A stretch of DNA of 64,000 nt from an uncultured Candidatus Thioglobus sp. Lineage in GTDB: Bacteria > Pseudomonadota > Gammaproteobacteria > PS1 > Pseudothioglobaceae. Positions 1-12,705 of the stretch are shown piece by piece; the first letter of the stretch is position 1, and the number at the start of each line of letters is the position of its first letter. Location of the stretch: positions 2,166 to 66,165 of the forward strand of contig FXLX01000004.1 of NCBI GenBank assembly GCA_900180385.1. The letters run 5' to 3'. A model generated the notes under the pieces. That model saw only the letters and a program-made list of their open reading frames with translations, was not told where the DNA came from and did no database searches. Both the position numbers and the translations under genes were made by a program.

Positions 1-247
1 TACAGCGGTTAATAACGCTAAAGCAGGTCAAGTTCGTTACCGTACTGATAAGGCTGCAATTATTCATGCAGGCGTTGGTAAAGCATCATTTGATGTTAAA
101 GCATTAGCTGAAAACATTACAGCATTAATGGAAGCGCTTAAGAAAGCTAAGCCAAGTTCTGCTAAAGGTGTTTATTTTAAAAAATTAAGTATTTCTTCAA
201 CAATGGGCGCAGGCGTCGCAGTTGATTTAAGCACGCTTGATATCTAA
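1..247 (+). CDS. rplA: 50S ribosomal protein L1, 3' part (gene starts before window)
   Basis: Frame 2 reads [27 protein letters not shown]...[23 protein letters not shown] to TAA at 245-247; directly upstream of rplJ. Confidence 0.95.
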   Translation, partial: TAVNNAKAGQVRYRTDKAAIIHAGVGKASFDVKALAENITALMEALKKAKPSSAKGVYFKKLSISSTMGAGVAVDLSTLDI

Positions 248-297
248 CTATATCAAGTAACAAAATTCTTTGGGTCGTAGGCTTGTCTTACGTTCCT

Positions 298-378
298 CAA
301 AGACCATAGGTGTGAATTTCCCTCCTGGGAGGTTTGCATAAATGATTGGTAACACAGTCTGCCTATGTAGAGGGTGCG
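298..378 (+). promoter_or_regulatory. L10 leader (L10/L12 autogenous control element)
   Basis: AAGACCATAGGTG...GCCTATGTAGAGGGTG in the rplA-rplJ spacer resembles the AAGAC-stem/GTAGA rRNA-mimic leader. Confidence 0.65.
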
Positions 379-443
379 TAAGCGCTCTATGGCGAAAGTT
401 GTAATAATATAACTTTCTTTTTTAAACTGTTCAGGAGAGGCAA

Positions 444-962
444 ATGGCTCTAAATCTTGAAGCAAAAAAAGTTGTTGTCGAACAAGTAAATTCACTAGCT
501 GATAGTGCAATTTCTGTTGGCGTAGCTGAATATCGCGGATTGACAGTTGAACAAATGACTATGCTTCGTGCAAGTGCTTTGGATGCTGATGTTACTTTAC
601 GTGTTGTAAAGAACTCATTAGCAAAATTAGCGCTTAACGAAACTACATGTGAGTGTGTTTTACCCGTTCTTAGTGGACCGGTAATTCTAGGATTTTCGCA
701 AGAAGATCCTGGTGCAGTTGCACGTGTCTTCAATAACTTTGTAAAAGATAATGAAGATTTAGTCGTTAAAGGTTTGGGCGTTTCAGGTGAATTTGTAGAT
801 GCAGATCAACTTAAGCGTATTGCAGACCTTCCAACTAAAGATCAAGTAATTAGTACAGTTATGGCATTAATGTTAGCACCAGTTGAGAAACTAGCTAGAA
901 CTTTGAACGAAGTTCCAACTAAAGTAACTCGCGTGGTGTCAGCAGTAGCGCAACAAAAATAA
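444..962 (+). CDS. rplJ: 50S ribosomal protein L10
   Basis: [33 protein letters not shown] motifs; operon position. Confidence 0.97.
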   Translation: MALNLEAKKVVVEQVNSLADSAISVGVAEYRGLTVEQMTMLRASALDADVTLRVVKNSLAKLALNETTCECVLPVLSGPVILGFSQEDPGAVARVFNNFVKDNEDLVVKGLGVSGEFVDADQLKRIADLPTKDQVISTVMALMLAPVEKLARTLNEVPTKVTRVVSAVAQQK

Positions 963-994
963 TAATCAAATAATAAATAAAAGGAGTAAATATC

Positions 995-1375
995 ATGGCA
1001 AAGTTATCAAATGACGATATTTTAAATGCAATTGCAGATATGTCTGTAATGGATGTTGTTGAATTAGTTTCAGCAATGGAAGAGAAGTTCGGTGTAAGTG
1101 CAACAGCAGTAGCAGCAGCACCTGCTGCAGGTGCTGCTGACGCTGGTGAAGTGGCAGCAGAAAAAGATGAGTTTGATGTTGTAATGACATCATTCGGTGA
1201 GAAGAAAGTTGCTGCAATTAAAGCAGTACGTGGTATCACTGGCTTAGGTCTTAAAGAAGCAAAAGATATGGTTGAATCAGCTCCTGTAACAATTAAGGAA
1301 GCGGCATCTAAATCTGAAGCTGAAGAGATTCAAAAGCAGCTTGAAGAAGCTGGTGCAAGCGTAGAACTTAAATAA
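995..1375 (+). CDS. rplL: 50S ribosomal protein L7/L12
   Basis: Ala-rich hinge, [32 protein letters not shown]. Confidence 0.98.
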   Translation: MAKLSNDDILNAIADMSVMDVVELVSAMEEKFGVSATAVAAAPAAGAADAGEVAAEKDEFDVVMTSFGEKKVAAIKAVRGITGLGLKEAKDMVESAPVTIKEAASKSEAEEIQKQLEEAGASVELK

Positions 1376-1393
1376 TAAGTTTAGCGTAAAAAC

Positions 1394-1424
1394 CCAAAAT
1401 CCCCACTAGGGGATTTTGGTGTTT
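1394..1424 (+). terminator. Intrinsic terminator/attenuator between rplL and rpoB
   Basis: CCAAAATCCCC-ACTA-GGGGATTTTGG hairpin followed by TGTTT. Confidence 0.75.
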
Positions 1425-1542
1425 ATTGCATTTGCACACTTTATTGGGTGCATTTTCAGTCTATTTTTTATAAATAGGCTGGATATTTTTTAAGAAGATA
1501 ATTTCTTCTTAACCAAATTAGAACGATTAATACGAGGTATTC

Positions 1543-4500
1543 ATGGCTTATTCATTTACGGAAAAAAAGCGAATTAGAAACAACTTTGGTTCAAGAACAT
1601 CAATTTTGAAAGAACCAGATTTATTAGCAATTCAAATTGACTCTTTTAACGGCTTTATTCAAGCTGGTAGCAAAACTAAAAAAGATGTTGGTTTACAAGC
1701 GGTGTTTCAATCAGTTTTCCCTATTACTGCAGTTAACGGCTATGCCGAAATTGAGTATGTTGATTATGAATTACAAGAGCCTAAGTTTAACGTAGAAGAA
1801 TGTAAGTTACGTGGTGTAACTTTTGCTTCTACATTGCGCGTTAAACTTAACCTAGTATTATTTGATAAAAACGGCTCTACGTTAAAGAAAAAACGTAAAG
1901 TTAAGCAGATCATCGAAGAGGATGTTTATTTAGGTCAGCTACCATTAATGACAACAACAGGTACGTTTGTTATCAATGGTACTGAGCGTGTTGTGGTTTC
2001 TCAATTGCATAGATCGCCTGGTGTTATTTTTGAACACGATAAGGGTAAGACGCACTCTTCAGGAAAGATCTTATTCTCTTCACGTGTTATTCCTTACCGT
2101 GGTTCATGGTTAGATTTTGAGTTTGATCATCACGAGCATTTATTTGTTAGAATTGATCGTCGTCGTAAGCTTCCAGTAACAACATTGCTACGTGCAATGA
2201 GCCTATCAAGCGATGAAATTTTAAGTACATTTTTTGAATCTTCATCAGTTAAGATGAAGGCTAAGTCATGTGATTTAGGTATTAACCCGTCGCGCTTACG
2301 TGGCACGATTGCTGAGTTTGATATTCTTGCTGGCAAAGATGTTATTGTTGAAAAGAATCGTCGTATTACTGCTAAACATATTAAATTGCTTACTGCTGCA
2401 GGTATTAAAGTGATCACTGCACCGTTGGAAACTTTAATTGATAAAGTTATTGCAAATGACATTATTGACACTGAAACTGGTGAGATTTTAGTTGCTACCA
2501 ATACCGTTATTTCCGAAGAAGTTTTAGAATCATTAATTGCCAATAAAATTAAAAAGTTTAATGTGCTATACATTAACGAGTCTGAAACTGGTGCATATAT
2601 CTCAGATACGCTACGTTTAGACGAAACAGAAACTGAAATTCAAGCGCGCATGAGTATTTATCATGTGATGCGCCCTGGTGAGCCAGCTACTGAAGATGCG
2701 GTTAATTTGTTATTTAACAATCTATTCTTTAAGAATGACCGTTATGATCTTTCCAAAGTTGGTCGCATGAAGTTAAATCGTCGTTTGGGTATTGAGTCTG
2801 AAACTGGCGAGCATGTTCTTACTAATGACGACATCTTAAGTGTTATTAAATTATTAATCAATATTAAAGATGGTAATGATTCGGTTGACGATGTAGATAC
2901 GCTGGCTAACCGTCGTGTAAGAGCGATTGGTGAAATGATTGAAAACCAGTTTAGAATTGGTTTGGTCCGTGTTGAAAAAGCAGTTAAAGAAGGTTTAAAC
3001 TTAGCTGAAACTGATGAATTAACCCCGCAAGATTTAATCAACTCTAAGCCTGTTTCAGCTTCAGTTAGAGAATTCTTTGGCTCTTCGCAATTATCACAGT
3101 TTATGGATCAAGTGAATCCTTTGTCTGGTGTCACACATAAACGTCGTATTTCTGCTTTAGGTCCTGGTGGCTTGACGCGTGAGCGTGCTGGTTTTGAAGT
3201 TCGTGATGTTCATCCATCGCATTATGGTCGCCTGTGCCCAATTGAAACACCGGAAGGTCCAAACATTGGACTAATCAACACCTTAGCTGTTTATGCTAAA
3301 ACAAATGAATACGGATTCTTAGAAACCCCTTATCAGATTGTTAAGAAGGGCAAAGTAACAGATGAAATTATTTATGTTTCTGCTATTGATGAAATTGCTC
3401 ATACAATCGCGCAAGCAAATGCGACAGTAAATGACAAAGGTCAGTTACAAGATGATCTAATTTCATGTCGCCATAAGAATGAATTTGTATTAGTTGATTC
3501 TGGCGAAGTAACGCTAATTGATATTGACTCTAAACAAATCTCTTCGGTTGCAGCATCTTTGATTCCATTCTTAGAGCATGATGATGCTAACCGTGCATTG
3601 ATGGGTTCAAACATGCAACGTCAAGCAGTGCCAACACTACGTGCTGAAAAGCCATTAGTTGGAACGGGCATTGAGCGCGTTGTTGCGACAGATTCTCGTG
3701 TTTGTGTCACTGCAAAACACGCAGGTGTTGTTGAGGCTGTTGATGCGTCACGTATTGTAATTCGCGTTGACTCTAAGCAAGCTAAAGCGGGTGAATTAGG
3801 TGTTGATATTTATAATCTAACTAAGTATTCACGTTCAAACCAAAATACTTGTATTAATCAAAAACCATTGGTTAAAGTAGGCGACAAAATTGCTGAAAGT
3901 GATGTTCTTGCTGACGGCCCTTCAACTGACCTTGGTGAGTTAGCATTGGGTCAAAACATGAAGATTGCTTTTATGCCGTGGAATGGTTACAACTTTGAGG
4001 ATTCTATTCTAATCTCAGAGAAAGTTATTAAGGATGATCGTTACACAACGATTCATATTGAAGAATTAACCGCTTATTCTCGTGACACTAAATTAGGTCC
4101 AGAAGAAATTACAGCTGACATTCCGAATGTTAGTGAATCTGCGCTTGCCAAGCTAGATGAAGTGGGTGTGGTTTATGTAGGTGCACGAGTTAAGGGTGGT
4201 GACATTCTTGTTGGTAAAGTAACGCCAAAGAGCGAAACTGTGCTATCTCCAGAAGAGAAGTTATTACGCGCAATCTTTGGTGAAAAGGCTAATAACGTTA
4301 AAGATTCATCATTAAGAATTGGCGCTTCTAAATCAGGTGTAGTCATCGATGTTCAAGTATTTACGCGTGATCGTGTAGAAAAAGATTCAAGAGCGTTAAG
4401 TATTGATGCGGATCGTTTAGAAAAAGTTAAGAAAGATATTGATGATGAGTTCGGCATTATTGATGGTGATATCTTCCGTCGTATTCGATTGAAGCTTTCT

Positions 4501-5625
4501 GGCAACGTGATTACAAAGGCTGTTGGCGATATTAAAGCTGGTGAAAAACTGAATGCCAAGTTGATGAAAAAACTTGACAATAAAGACATTGCTAAAATCA
4601 AAGTTGAAGATGCTGCTATCAATAAAGAAGTTGCAGTATTGGTTAAACAAGCTAAAGCCAAGCAAGTTGAATTTGACAAGTTCTTAGAAGAAGAAAAATC
4701 TAAGATTAGCGAAGGTGCAGAATTACCACCAGGCGTTATGAAGATGGTTAAAGTTTATGTGGCAACGCGTAAAACGCTTCAAGTTGGTGATAAGATGGCT
4801 GGACGTCATGGTAACAAAGGTGTTATCTCACGTGTTTCTCCAGTTGAAGACATGCCTTACTTAGAGGATGGTTCAACGGTTGATGTTGTACTAAATCCAC
4901 TAGGTGTTCCATCTCGAATGAATGTTGGACAGGTGCTTGAGGTTCATTTAGGCTATGCAGCAAAAGGCTTAGGCTATAAGATTGCAGCAATGCTTGATGA
5001 AAAGCGTACTGAAATGGTTGCTGAAATTAGAGCGTTCCTAGACAAGGTATATAACTCATACGGCAAACAAGAAGATTTTAGTGCATTTAGCGACGAAGAG
5101 ATTATTGAATTAGCTAAAAACCTAAGAGAAGGTGTGCCAATGGCAACTCCAGTATTTGATGGTATTAAAGAAGATGATATTAAGTCTCTACTTAAGCTTG
5201 CTGATCTTCCAGAATCAGGCCAAGAACAATTATACGATGGCCGTACAGGTGATGCGTTTGATCGCCCAGTAACGGTTGGTTACATGCACATGCTTAAACT
5301 TAACCACTTGGTTGACGATAAGATGCATGCTCGTTCTACAGGTCCTTACTCATTAGTAACGCAACAACCATTAAGTGGTAAAGCACAGTTTGGTGGACAG
5401 CGATTTGGTGAGATGGAAGTGTGGGCATTAGAAGCTTACGGTGCAGCACATACATTGCGTGAAATGTTAACGGTTAAATCAGATGACGTTGCTGGTCGTG
5501 CAAAGATGTACAAGAGTATTGTTGATGGTAAAAACATCACAGAGTCTGTTATGCCAGAGTCGTTTAATGTACTAATCAAAGAGATTAGATCATTAGGTAT
5601 CGACGTTGAGCTTGAGCAACACTAA
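1543..5625 (+). CDS. rpoB: RNA polymerase beta subunit
   Basis: 1360 aa; [41 protein letters not shown]. Confidence 0.99.
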   Translation: MAYSFTEKKRIRNNFGSRTSILKEPDLLAIQIDSFNGFIQAGSKTKKDVGLQAVFQSVFPITAVNGYAEIEYVDYELQEPKFNVEECKLRGVTFASTLRVKLNLVLFDKNGSTLKKKRKVKQIIEEDVYLGQLPLMTTTGTFVINGTERVVVSQLHRSPGVIFEHDKGKTHSSGKILFSSRVIPYRGSWLDFEFDHHEHLFVRIDRRRKLPVTTLLRAMSLSSDEILSTFFESSSVKMKAKSCDLGINPSRLRGTIAEFDILAGKDVIVEKNRRITAKHIKLLTAAGIKVITAPLETLIDKVIANDIIDTETGEILVATNTVISEEVLESLIANKIKKFNVLYINESETGAYISDTLRLDETETEIQARMSIYHVMRPGEPATEDAVNLLFNNLFFKNDRYDLSKVGRMKLNRRLGIESETGEHVLTNDDILSVIKLLINIKDGNDSVDDVDTLANRRVRAIGEMIENQFRIGLVRVEKAVKEGLNLAETDELTPQDLINSKPVSASVREFFGSSQLSQFMDQVNPLSGVTHKRRISALGPGGLTRERAGFEVRDVHPSHYGRLCPIETPEGPNIGLINTLAVYAKTNEYGFLETPYQIVKKGKVTDEIIYVSAIDEIAHTIAQANATVNDKGQLQDDLISCRHKNEFVLVDSGEVTLIDIDSKQISSVAASLIPFLEHDDANRALMGSNMQRQAVPTLRAEKPLVGTGIERVVATDSRVCVTAKHAGVVEAVDASRIVIRVDSKQAKAGELGVDIYNLTKYSRSNQNTCINQKPLVKVGDKIAESDVLADGPSTDLGELALGQNMKIAFMPWNGYNFEDSILISEKVIKDDRYTTIHIEELTAYSRDTKLGPEEITADIPNVSESALAKLDEVGVVYVGARVKGGDILVGKVTPKSETVLSPEEKLLRAIFGEKANNVKDSSLRIGASKSGVVIDVQVFTRDRVEKDSRALSIDADRLEKVKKDIDDEFGIIDGDIFRRIRLKLSGNVITKAVGDIKAGEKLNAKLMKKLDNKDIAKIKVEDAAINKEVAVLVKQAKAKQVEFDKFLEEEKSKISEGAELPPGVMKMVKVYVATRKTLQVGDKMAGRHGNKGVISRVSPVEDMPYLEDGSTVDVVLNPLGVPSRMNVGQVLEVHLGYAAKGLGYKIAAMLDEKRTEMVAEIRAFLDKVYNSYGKQEDFSAFSDEEIIELAKNLREGVPMATPVFDGIKEDDIKSLLKLADLPESGQEQLYDGRTGDAFDRPVTVGYMHMLKLNHLVDDKMHARSTGPYSLVTQQPLSGKAQFGGQRFGEMEVWALEAYGAAHTLREMLTVKSDDVAGRAKMYKSIVDGKNITESVMPESFNVLIKEIRSLGIDVELEQH

Positions 5626-5638
5626 TTAGGAGAATACA

Positions 5639-8600
5639 GTGAAAGATTTATTAGCTATATTAAAGCAAGAAAATAAAGAGCAAGATTTTGATGCAATTAG
5701 AGTTGGCCTAGCTTCTCCTGAGAAGATTCGTTCATGGTCATATGGTGAGGTTAAAAAACCTGAAACTATTAACTACCGTACATTCAAACCTGAAAGAGAA
5801 GGTTTATTCTGTGCGAAAGTATTCGGTCCAATGAAAGACTTTGAGTGTTTATGTGGTAAATACAAGCGCATGAAATTCCGCAATGTTGTCTGTGAGAAGT
5901 GTGGTGTTGAAGTTACCTTTTCTAAGGTACGTCGTGAGCGTATGGGTCACATCGAATTAGCAGCGCCTGTTGCACATATTTGGTACCTTAAGTCTCTACC
6001 TTCACGTCTAGGTCTATTAATGGATATGACGCTTAAGGATATTGAGCGTGTTTTATATTTTGAAGCATTTTTAGTAACAGATCCTGGTTCGACACCGTTA
6101 GTACACAAGCAGTTATTAACTGAAGAAATGTATTTTGATGCGCTTGACGAATATGGCGATGATGAGTTTGAAGCTAAGATGGGTGCAGAAGCAATCCAAG
6201 ATGTATTGGCAGATATGCAGCTTGAAAAAGAAGCGGCAAACTTACGTGAAGATAGTCTTAACACTAAATCTCAAACTAAGCTTAAGAAGTACAACAAGCG
6301 TCTTAAATTAATCGATTCATTAATCAAATCAGGCAACAAACCTGAGTGGATGATTCTAAAAGTATTGCCAATTCTTCCGCCAGATCTACGTCCATTAGTG
6401 CCGTTAGATGGTGGTCGTTTTGCAACCTCTGATTTGAATGATTTATACCGTCGTGTCATTAACCGTAATAATCGTTTAGCGCGTTTATTAGAGCTTGATG
6501 CACCAGAGATTATTGTTCGTAATGAAAAGCGTATGCTGCAAGAAGCGGTAGATTCATTAATCGATAACGGTCGTCGTGGCCGTGCGGTGATGGGTAATAA
6601 TCGTCGCCCTCTGAAGTCTATCTCAGACATGATCAAAGGTAAGCAAGGTCGTTTCCGTCAAAACTTACTAGGTAAGCGTGTTGACTATTCTGGCCGTTCG
6701 GTGATCGTTTGTGGTCCATACCTTAAATTACACCAGTGTGGTTTACCAAAGAAAATGGCATTAGAATTATTCAAGCCATTTATCTATAACCGTCTTCAAG
6801 CTAAAGGCTTGGCATCTACAATTAAAGCTGCTAAGAAAATGGTTGAAGCTGAATTACCAGAAGTATGGGACATCTTAGAAAAGGTAGTGCATCAGCACCC
6901 AGTTCTATTAAACCGTGCACCAACACTTCACCGTTTAGGCATTCAAGCGTTTGAACCATTACTAATTGAAGGTAAGGCGATTCAATTGCATCCATTAGTT
7001 TGTGGCGCATTTAACGCTGACTTTGACGGCGATCAAATGGCGGTACACGTACCATTATCTGAAGAAGCTCAGTTAGAAGCAAGAACATTAATGCTTGCAT
7101 CAAACAATGTATTACACCTAGCATCAGGCGATCCAATTATCGTACCTTCTCAAGACGTAATCTTGGGCTTGTACTACATGACGCGTGATAAGATTAATCA
7201 AAAAGGTGAAGGCATGGTGTTTACATCACCTTCTGAAGCTTTGAATGCTTATGAAGCTGGCCATGTAACACTGCATGCAAATATCAAATTACGAATCCAA
7301 GATTACGTTAAAAACGAAGCAGGAAAATTCGAGCCGAGTTCTAAGCGTATTGTAGATACAACAGTGGGCCGTGCAATTTTCTCAAGAATTCTACCAAACG
7401 GCTTATCGTTTGATTTAATTAATGAGGCAATTTCTAAAAAGGTTGTGTCTAATTTAATTCATGTTTGTTACCGTATGCAGGAATTAAAAGAAACAGTTAT
7501 GTTTGCTGACCAAATGATGTACATGGGCTTCCAATACTCAACTAAATCAGGTATTTCTTTCTGTTCAAATGACATGACCATTCCAGATTCTAAAGCTGGC
7601 ATGATCGATGATGCAGAAGCACAAGTTAAAGATATTCAAGATCAGTTCTCTAAAGGTGTTGTTACAGATGGCGAACGCTACAATAAAGTGATCGATATTT
7701 GGTCTCGTACCTCTGAAAAAGTTGCGAAAGCAATGATGGATGAAATTGGTTTTGAAGATTTTGAAACTAAAGACGGAAAAACTGAAAAACTAGCCTCATT
7801 TAATTCGGTATACATGATGGCTGATTCTGGTGCTCGTGGTTCACCTGCACAGATGAGACAGCTTGCAGGTATGCGTGGTTTGATGGCGAAGCCAGATGGC
7901 TCAATTATTGAAACACCAATTACTTCAAACTTCCGTGAAGGCTTGAATAACATGCAATACTTTATTTCTACTCACGGTGCTCGTAAAGGTCTAGCCGATA
8001 CAGCACTTAAAACGGCTAACTCAGGTTACTTGACGCGTCGTTTGGTAGATGTTGGACAAGATCTAGTTATTACTGAAGAGGATTGCGGTACTGAAAATGG
8101 TATGATGATGAAATCTGTTATTAACGGCGGTAATATTGTGCAAACATTAGGTGCAGCGGTATTAGGTCGCGTGGTTGCTGAAGATGTGTTAATTCCAGAT
8201 ACGTACGATATCTTTGTGCCAAAAGGTCATTTGATCACATTGGATAACTCAGACAAAATTAACGAATTAGGCATTGAGTCAATTAAGATTCGATCTACAA
8301 TTACTTGTGACACTCGCCAAGGTGTTTGTGCCAGTTGTTATGGTAACGACATGGCTCGTGGCCATAAGATTGGTGTTGGTGAAGCAGTTGGTGTTATTGC
8401 GGCACAATCAATTGGTGAGCCGGGTACGCAGTTAACAATGCGTACATTCCACATTGGTGGTGCAGCATCTGCATCAACTGCAGTGAGCAGTATTAACGTA
8501 AACGTTGATGGTACAGCACACTTTGAAAACCTTAAGGCAATTAAAAATGCTAACAACGATCTAGTAATTATTTCTAGAACTGCTGTTGTAACTATTAGAA

Positions 8601-9823
8601 ACACTAAAGGTCAAGATGTAGAGCGCTACAAGATTCCGTATGGTGCAATTGTTCATGTTCAAGAAGGTGGTAAAGTTACTGCAAAAGAAAAAATTGCAGA
8701 CTGGGATCCGCATACACATCCAATTATTACAGAGCAATCTGGCCGAGTTGTATTTGTTGATTTTGAAGAAGGCATCACGGTTAACAGAAACACTGATCCA
8801 TTAACAGGCTTAACATTCTTTGAAATGATTGCTGAAGAAGAAAGATCTGCTGCAGCGAAAGGCTTAAAGCCGATGATTAAGATGGTTGAAGAGGGTAATT
8901 CTGAAATTATATTGTCAACGCATTACTTACCTTCAATGGTTAAGATTCATTTAGAAGATTCTCAAGTAATTTCTGCAGGTGAAGTGCTTGCTAAGATTCC
9001 TAAAGACCAATCTAAGACAAGTGATATTACCGGTGGTTTGCCACGTGTTGCTGATTTATTTGAAGCACGTAAAGCTAAAGATCATTCAATTCTTGCAGAA
9101 GAGACGGGTGTTATTAGCTTTGGTAGTCCAACTAAGAGTAAGGATCGTTTGATCATTACATCTACTGATGGCGAAGCTACTGAAATGATGATCCATAAAT
9201 GGCGTCAAATTAACGTTTTTGACGGTGAAACTGTTGAAAAGGGTGATGTAATTTCTGATGGACCGTCTAATCCGCATGATATCTTGCGCTTATTGGGTGT
9301 TGAGAAATTAGCAAATTATGTGGTTAAAGAGGTTCAGGATGTTTATCGCCTACAAGGTGTAAATATTTCTGACAAGCACATTGAAGTTATCGTTAAGCAA
9401 ATGCTTCGTAAAGTTGAAGTGCTTGATGTAGGTGATTCTAGTTTTGTAAATGGCGAAACAGCTGAATATGTAAGAGTGATTGAAGCAAATAAGCAATTAA
9501 CTGCTCAAGGTAAGAGTCTGATAACTTACCAGCGCTTACTAATGGGTATTACTAAAGCTTCATTAGCAACTGAATCATTCATCTCAGCCGCTTCTTTCCA
9601 GGAGACAACTCGAGTGTTAACTGAAGCGTCTACAACAGGTCGTGTGGATACACTACAAGGCTTAAAAGAGAATGTAATTGTTGGTCGTTTGATTCCAGCA
9701 GGAACAGGCTTTAAGTACCATCAGCAGAAACGTGCTAAACGTGCTGAAACGATGGTTCAAGCTGCAGATGCAGAAATGGCATTAGCAGCAGAGCTAAGTG
9801 AAGCGGAGGAAGCTTCAGAGTAA
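5639..9823 (+). CDS. rpoC: RNA polymerase beta' subunit (GTG start)
   Basis: 1394 aa; [12 protein letters not shown] catalytic motif, Zn-finger cysteines. Confidence 0.99.
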   Translation: MKDLLAILKQENKEQDFDAIRVGLASPEKIRSWSYGEVKKPETINYRTFKPEREGLFCAKVFGPMKDFECLCGKYKRMKFRNVVCEKCGVEVTFSKVRRERMGHIELAAPVAHIWYLKSLPSRLGLLMDMTLKDIERVLYFEAFLVTDPGSTPLVHKQLLTEEMYFDALDEYGDDEFEAKMGAEAIQDVLADMQLEKEAANLREDSLNTKSQTKLKKYNKRLKLIDSLIKSGNKPEWMILKVLPILPPDLRPLVPLDGGRFATSDLNDLYRRVINRNNRLARLLELDAPEIIVRNEKRMLQEAVDSLIDNGRRGRAVMGNNRRPLKSISDMIKGKQGRFRQNLLGKRVDYSGRSVIVCGPYLKLHQCGLPKKMALELFKPFIYNRLQAKGLASTIKAAKKMVEAELPEVWDILEKVVHQHPVLLNRAPTLHRLGIQAFEPLLIEGKAIQLHPLVCGAFNADFDGDQMAVHVPLSEEAQLEARTLMLASNNVLHLASGDPIIVPSQDVILGLYYMTRDKINQKGEGMVFTSPSEALNAYEAGHVTLHANIKLRIQDYVKNEAGKFEPSSKRIVDTTVGRAIFSRILPNGLSFDLINEAISKKVVSNLIHVCYRMQELKETVMFADQMMYMGFQYSTKSGISFCSNDMTIPDSKAGMIDDAEAQVKDIQDQFSKGVVTDGERYNKVIDIWSRTSEKVAKAMMDEIGFEDFETKDGKTEKLASFNSVYMMADSGARGSPAQMRQLAGMRGLMAKPDGSIIETPITSNFREGLNNMQYFISTHGARKGLADTALKTANSGYLTRRLVDVGQDLVITEEDCGTENGMMMKSVINGGNIVQTLGAAVLGRVVAEDVLIPDTYDIFVPKGHLITLDNSDKINELGIESIKIRSTITCDTRQGVCASCYGNDMARGHKIGVGEAVGVIAAQSIGEPGTQLTMRTFHIGGAASASTAVSSINVNVDGTAHFENLKAIKNANNDLVIISRTAVVTIRNTKGQDVERYKIPYGAIVHVQEGGKVTAKEKIADWDPHTHPIITEQSGRVVFVDFEEGITVNRNTDPLTGLTFFEMIAEEERSAAAKGLKPMIKMVEEGNSEIILSTHYLPSMVKIHLEDSQVISAGEVLAKIPKDQSKTSDITGGLPRVADLFEARKAKDHSILAEETGVISFGSPTKSKDRLIITSTDGEATEMMIHKWRQINVFDGETVEKGDVISDGPSNPHDILRLLGVEKLANYVVKEVQDVYRLQGVNISDKHIEVIVKQMLRKVEVLDVGDSSFVNGETAEYVRVIEANKQLTAQGKSLITYQRLLMGITKASLATESFISAASFQETTRVLTEASTTGRVDTLQGLKENVIVGRLIPAGTGFKYHQQKRAKRAETMVQAADAEMALAAELSEAEEASE

Positions 9824-9844
9824 TTCTAAGCTTCTAGTCAAACT

Positions 9845-9876
9845 AAAACCGCATCATTTTATGATGCGGTTTTTTT
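9845..9876 (+). terminator. Intrinsic terminator after rpoC
   Basis: AAAACCGCATCA-TTTTA-TGATGCGGTTTT plus T tract. Confidence 0.85.
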
Positions 9877-9946
9877 ATGGACAGCTATATACTACCGTGG
9901 ACTTTTAGGGGTGTTCTTGTATCTAAAAATCCGTTAAAATGCGCTT

Positions 9947-11401
9947 ATGAACAAAACAAGTTTTAACGCCTATGTTGATCAAGGCTACAACCACATTCCA
10001 GTATTCAGAGAAGTTGTTCTTGATACAGATACTGCTTTAGGTTTATATCTAAAGCTTGCTAATGATACTTATAGCTATTTATTCGAGTCAGTACAAGGTG
10101 GTGAAAAATGGGGTCGATACTCCATGATTGGTTTGCATGCTCAAACAGTTATTAAAGTCTTTGATTATAAAATTCAAATTGAGCAAGACTCGAATGTGGT
10201 CGAGCGCTTTCTAGTTGAAGATCCACTTACTTGGATTGAAGAGTATCAGCAGAATTTTAAAGTGCCAGAAATCAGTGATTTGCCAGAGTTTAATGGTGGT
10301 TTGGTTGGATACTTTGGCTATGAAATTGTTCGCTATATAGAGCCAAAACTTAAAAACATTAACCTTAAAGATGAACTAAATATTGCCGATATCTTGCTAA
10401 TGGTATCAAACGATTTAGTAGTGTTTGATAATCTAGCCAATAAGGCCTTTTTATTAACGCATATTAATCCTGAAACGCATAGCTATGAGCAAGCCCTTCA
10501 GCGTCTTGATGAGATAGAGGCTCAAATTGATAAGCCGTTAGTAAAAGAGGTTTATCAGTCAGATCATTTAAAAACGGATGATTTTAAATCAAGTTTTGGT
10601 GAGAAAAATTATAAACAGGTGGTTGAGCGCATACAGCAATATATTGTTGCAGGTGACGTTATGCAGGTGGTACCGTCACAACGTCTTAGTGCGCCCTATA
10701 AAGCACCTTCAGTCGAACTATATCGCCAGCTGAGAAGGCTTAATCCCTCCCCGTACATGTACTATCTTAATTTGGGCGATGTTGATATTATTGGATCTTC
10801 ACCAGAAATTCTTACGCGAGTAGATTCAAATAGGCGTGCAACTGTTCGTCCAATTGCAGGTACCCGTACACGAGGAAAAGATGCGGCGCAAGACTTGGCA
10901 CTTGAAAAAGAATTGCTAGCGGATAAAAAAGAAATAGCCGAGCACCTAATGCTGATTGATTTAGGCCGGAACGATCTCGGGCGTATCGCAAAAACAGGTA
11001 GTGTTAAGTTAACCGATAAAATGTTTGTTGAGCGCTATTCCCATGTAATGCATATTGTCTCCAATGTTGAATGCGATCTAAAAGAAGAGGTTAGTGCCAT
11101 GGATGTACTCAAGGCAACTTTTCCTGCTGGCACATTAAGTGGCGCACCGAAAGTACGTGCTATGGAAATTATTAATGAAGTTGAGTCGCTCAAACGTAAT
11201 ATTTATTCGGGTGCTATTGGCTACTTATCTTGGCATGGTTGTATGGATATGGCAATTGCTATTCGTACTGCTGTGGTTAAGGATGAAGTGCTGTACGTGC
11301 AAGCAGGTGCAGGTATTGTGCATGATTCAGTGCCCCAATCTGAATGGGACGAAACCATGCATAAGGCTCAAGCGCTAATAAAGGCGGCAGAGCAAGCCTA
11401 A
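9947..11401 (+). CDS. trpE: Anthranilate synthase component I
   Basis: YLFESVQGGEKWGRYS, AEHLMLIDLGRND, GTLSGAPKVRAMEII. Confidence 0.93.
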   Translation: MNKTSFNAYVDQGYNHIPVFREVVLDTDTALGLYLKLANDTYSYLFESVQGGEKWGRYSMIGLHAQTVIKVFDYKIQIEQDSNVVERFLVEDPLTWIEEYQQNFKVPEISDLPEFNGGLVGYFGYEIVRYIEPKLKNINLKDELNIADILLMVSNDLVVFDNLANKAFLLTHINPETHSYEQALQRLDEIEAQIDKPLVKEVYQSDHLKTDDFKSSFGEKNYKQVVERIQQYIVAGDVMQVVPSQRLSAPYKAPSVELYRQLRRLNPSPYMYYLNLGDVDIIGSSPEILTRVDSNRRATVRPIAGTRTRGKDAAQDLALEKELLADKKEIAEHLMLIDLGRNDLGRIAKTGSVKLTDKMFVERYSHVMHIVSNVECDLKEEVSAMDVLKATFPAGTLSGAPKVRAMEIINEVESLKRNIYSGAIGYLSWHGCMDMAIAIRTAVVKDEVLYVQAGAGIVHDSVPQSEWDETMHKAQALIKAAEQA

Positions 11402-11442
11402 TAGCTAAAAATACTAATCTATATTAGTGTTTTATAAAAGTG

Positions 11443-11471
11443 TTGCATTAAAATTAATATACGGTTATCAT
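11443..11471 (+). promoter_or_regulatory. Putative sigma70 promoter of the sox operon
   Basis: TTGCAT-N17-TATCAT about 65 nt upstream of the soxX ATG. Confidence 0.55.
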
Positions 11472-11537
11472 GAATCTCTTAGTAAGGTTAGTTCCTTACG
11501 TGGGGATTGTTATTTTTTATATAAAGAGGAGAGAAAC

Positions 11538-11885
11538 ATGAAGAAAACCATTTCTTCTATCTCAGCGGTAGCCGCTTTAGCAGCATTATTTATAATGCCG
11601 CTTGAAGCTGGTGCCAAAGAGATGACGGGCGAAGAGGTCACTTTCGGTCGTAAATTAGGCAACTGTCTAGCATGCCATATGATTCCAGGTGGAAATCTAC
11701 CAGGAAATATCGGTCCACCATTGCTTGCAATGAAAGCAAGATTTCCAGATAAGGCTGTTTTAAGAGCTCAAATTTGGGATCCGACAGTTTTAAATCCAAA
11801 TTCAATCATGCCTCCATTCGGCAAGCATCAAGCGCTAACTGAAAAGCAGATTGATCAGATTACAGATTACATTTATTCTAAATAA
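11538..11885 (+). CDS. soxX: SoxX c-type cytochrome
   Basis: Signal peptide, CLACH haem motif, GNIGPPL; RBS GAGGAG before ATG 11538 (track start 11427 is probably too far upstream). Confidence 0.93.
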   Translation: MKKTISSISAVAALAALFIMPLEAGAKEMTGEEVTFGRKLGNCLACHMIPGGNLPGNIGPPLLAMKARFPDKAVLRAQIWDPTVLNPNSIMPPFGKHQALTEKQIDQITDYIYSK

Positions 11886-11895
11886 GGAGAAAAAG

Positions 11896-12342
11896 ATGAA
11901 AAGAAGATTATTTCTAAAAAGTGCAATGGCAGGTTCTGCAGTTGCAACGGCAGTAGGCGCAGGCTTACTAACGCCAACAATGGTATTTGCAAACTCTGCA
12001 GACTTTAAAGCTGTATCTGATGCAGCAGGTGCTTCATCTGCTGGTGCAGGTAAAGGTTCATTTAAATTCAAAGCGCCTAAGATCGCTGAGAACGGTGCAG
12101 TTGTACCAATGACGGTAGATGCTTCTAAGATGGATGGTGTGACTAACATCTCTTTCTTTGTTGTAAATAACTCAACACCTTTAGCGGCGTCGTTTAACTT
12201 ATCAGGTGCTGCTGCCGGTTATGTTTCTACTCGTATCAAGATGGGTAAAACTTCTCCAGTAGAGGCTTTAGTAACTGCTGGCGGTACAACAACTAAAGTT
12301 GCTCAAGAAGTTAAAGTAACGATTGGCGGCTGTGGCGGTTAA
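11896..12342 (+). CDS. soxY: Sulfur carrier SoxY
   Basis: Tat signal MKRRLFLK, AENGAVVP, C-terminal VKVTIGGCGG swinging arm. Confidence 0.97.
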   Translation: MKRRLFLKSAMAGSAVATAVGAGLLTPTMVFANSADFKAVSDAAGASSAGAGKGSFKFKAPKIAENGAVVPMTVDASKMDGVTNISFFVVNNSTPLAASFNLSGAAAGYVSTRIKMGKTSPVEALVTAGGTTTKVAQEVKVTIGGCGG

Positions 12343-12378
12343 TTCGGTAACGAATCATAATAATTAGGAGAATATATA

Positions 12379-12681
12379 ATGGGAAAAATTAAATTAAAGC
12401 CAAAGGCTAGAAAAGGTGTTATCGGTATTAAGGCGCTTATTAAGCACCCTATGGAAACTGGACAACGTAAAAAGAAAGGTAAGTTAGTACCTGCAAACCA
12501 CATCACTCACATGACTGTTTCGCATAATGGTAATGTTGTGGTGGATGCTGATATTGGCGCTACTATTTCTAAAGATCCATACTTTAAGTTTAATGTTGCT
12601 GGCGCTAAAGGTGACACAATCGAGCTTACTTATAAAGATAACAATGGTAAGACAGGTTCTGCGACTGCTAAGTCTAAGTAA
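12379..12681 (+). CDS. soxZ: SoxZ
   Basis: LIKHPMETG, ISKDPYFKF; follows soxY. Confidence 0.95.
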   Translation: MGKIKLKPKARKGVIGIKALIKHPMETGQRKKKGKLVPANHITHMTVSHNGNVVVDADIGATISKDPYFKFNVAGAKGDTIELTYKDNNGKTGSATAKSK

Positions 12682-12705
12682 CTTTTATCTATTGAGGAGA
12701 GAACA

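Noticed and set aside
3061-3170. RpoB rifampicin cluster differs from E. coli ([11 protein letters not shown])
   Set aside because: Key Asp, His and Ser residues are retained; probably lineage variation
253-9277. Antisense and alternate-frame ORFs over rplJL and rpoBC
   Set aside because: Shadow ORFs of highly conserved genes with no family motifs; the same applies to similar ORFs over mreB, clpB, argH, recA and hsd genes
9824-9946. Possible trp attenuator upstream of trpE
   Set aside because: No Trp-codon leader peptide; the only hairpin is the rpoC terminator
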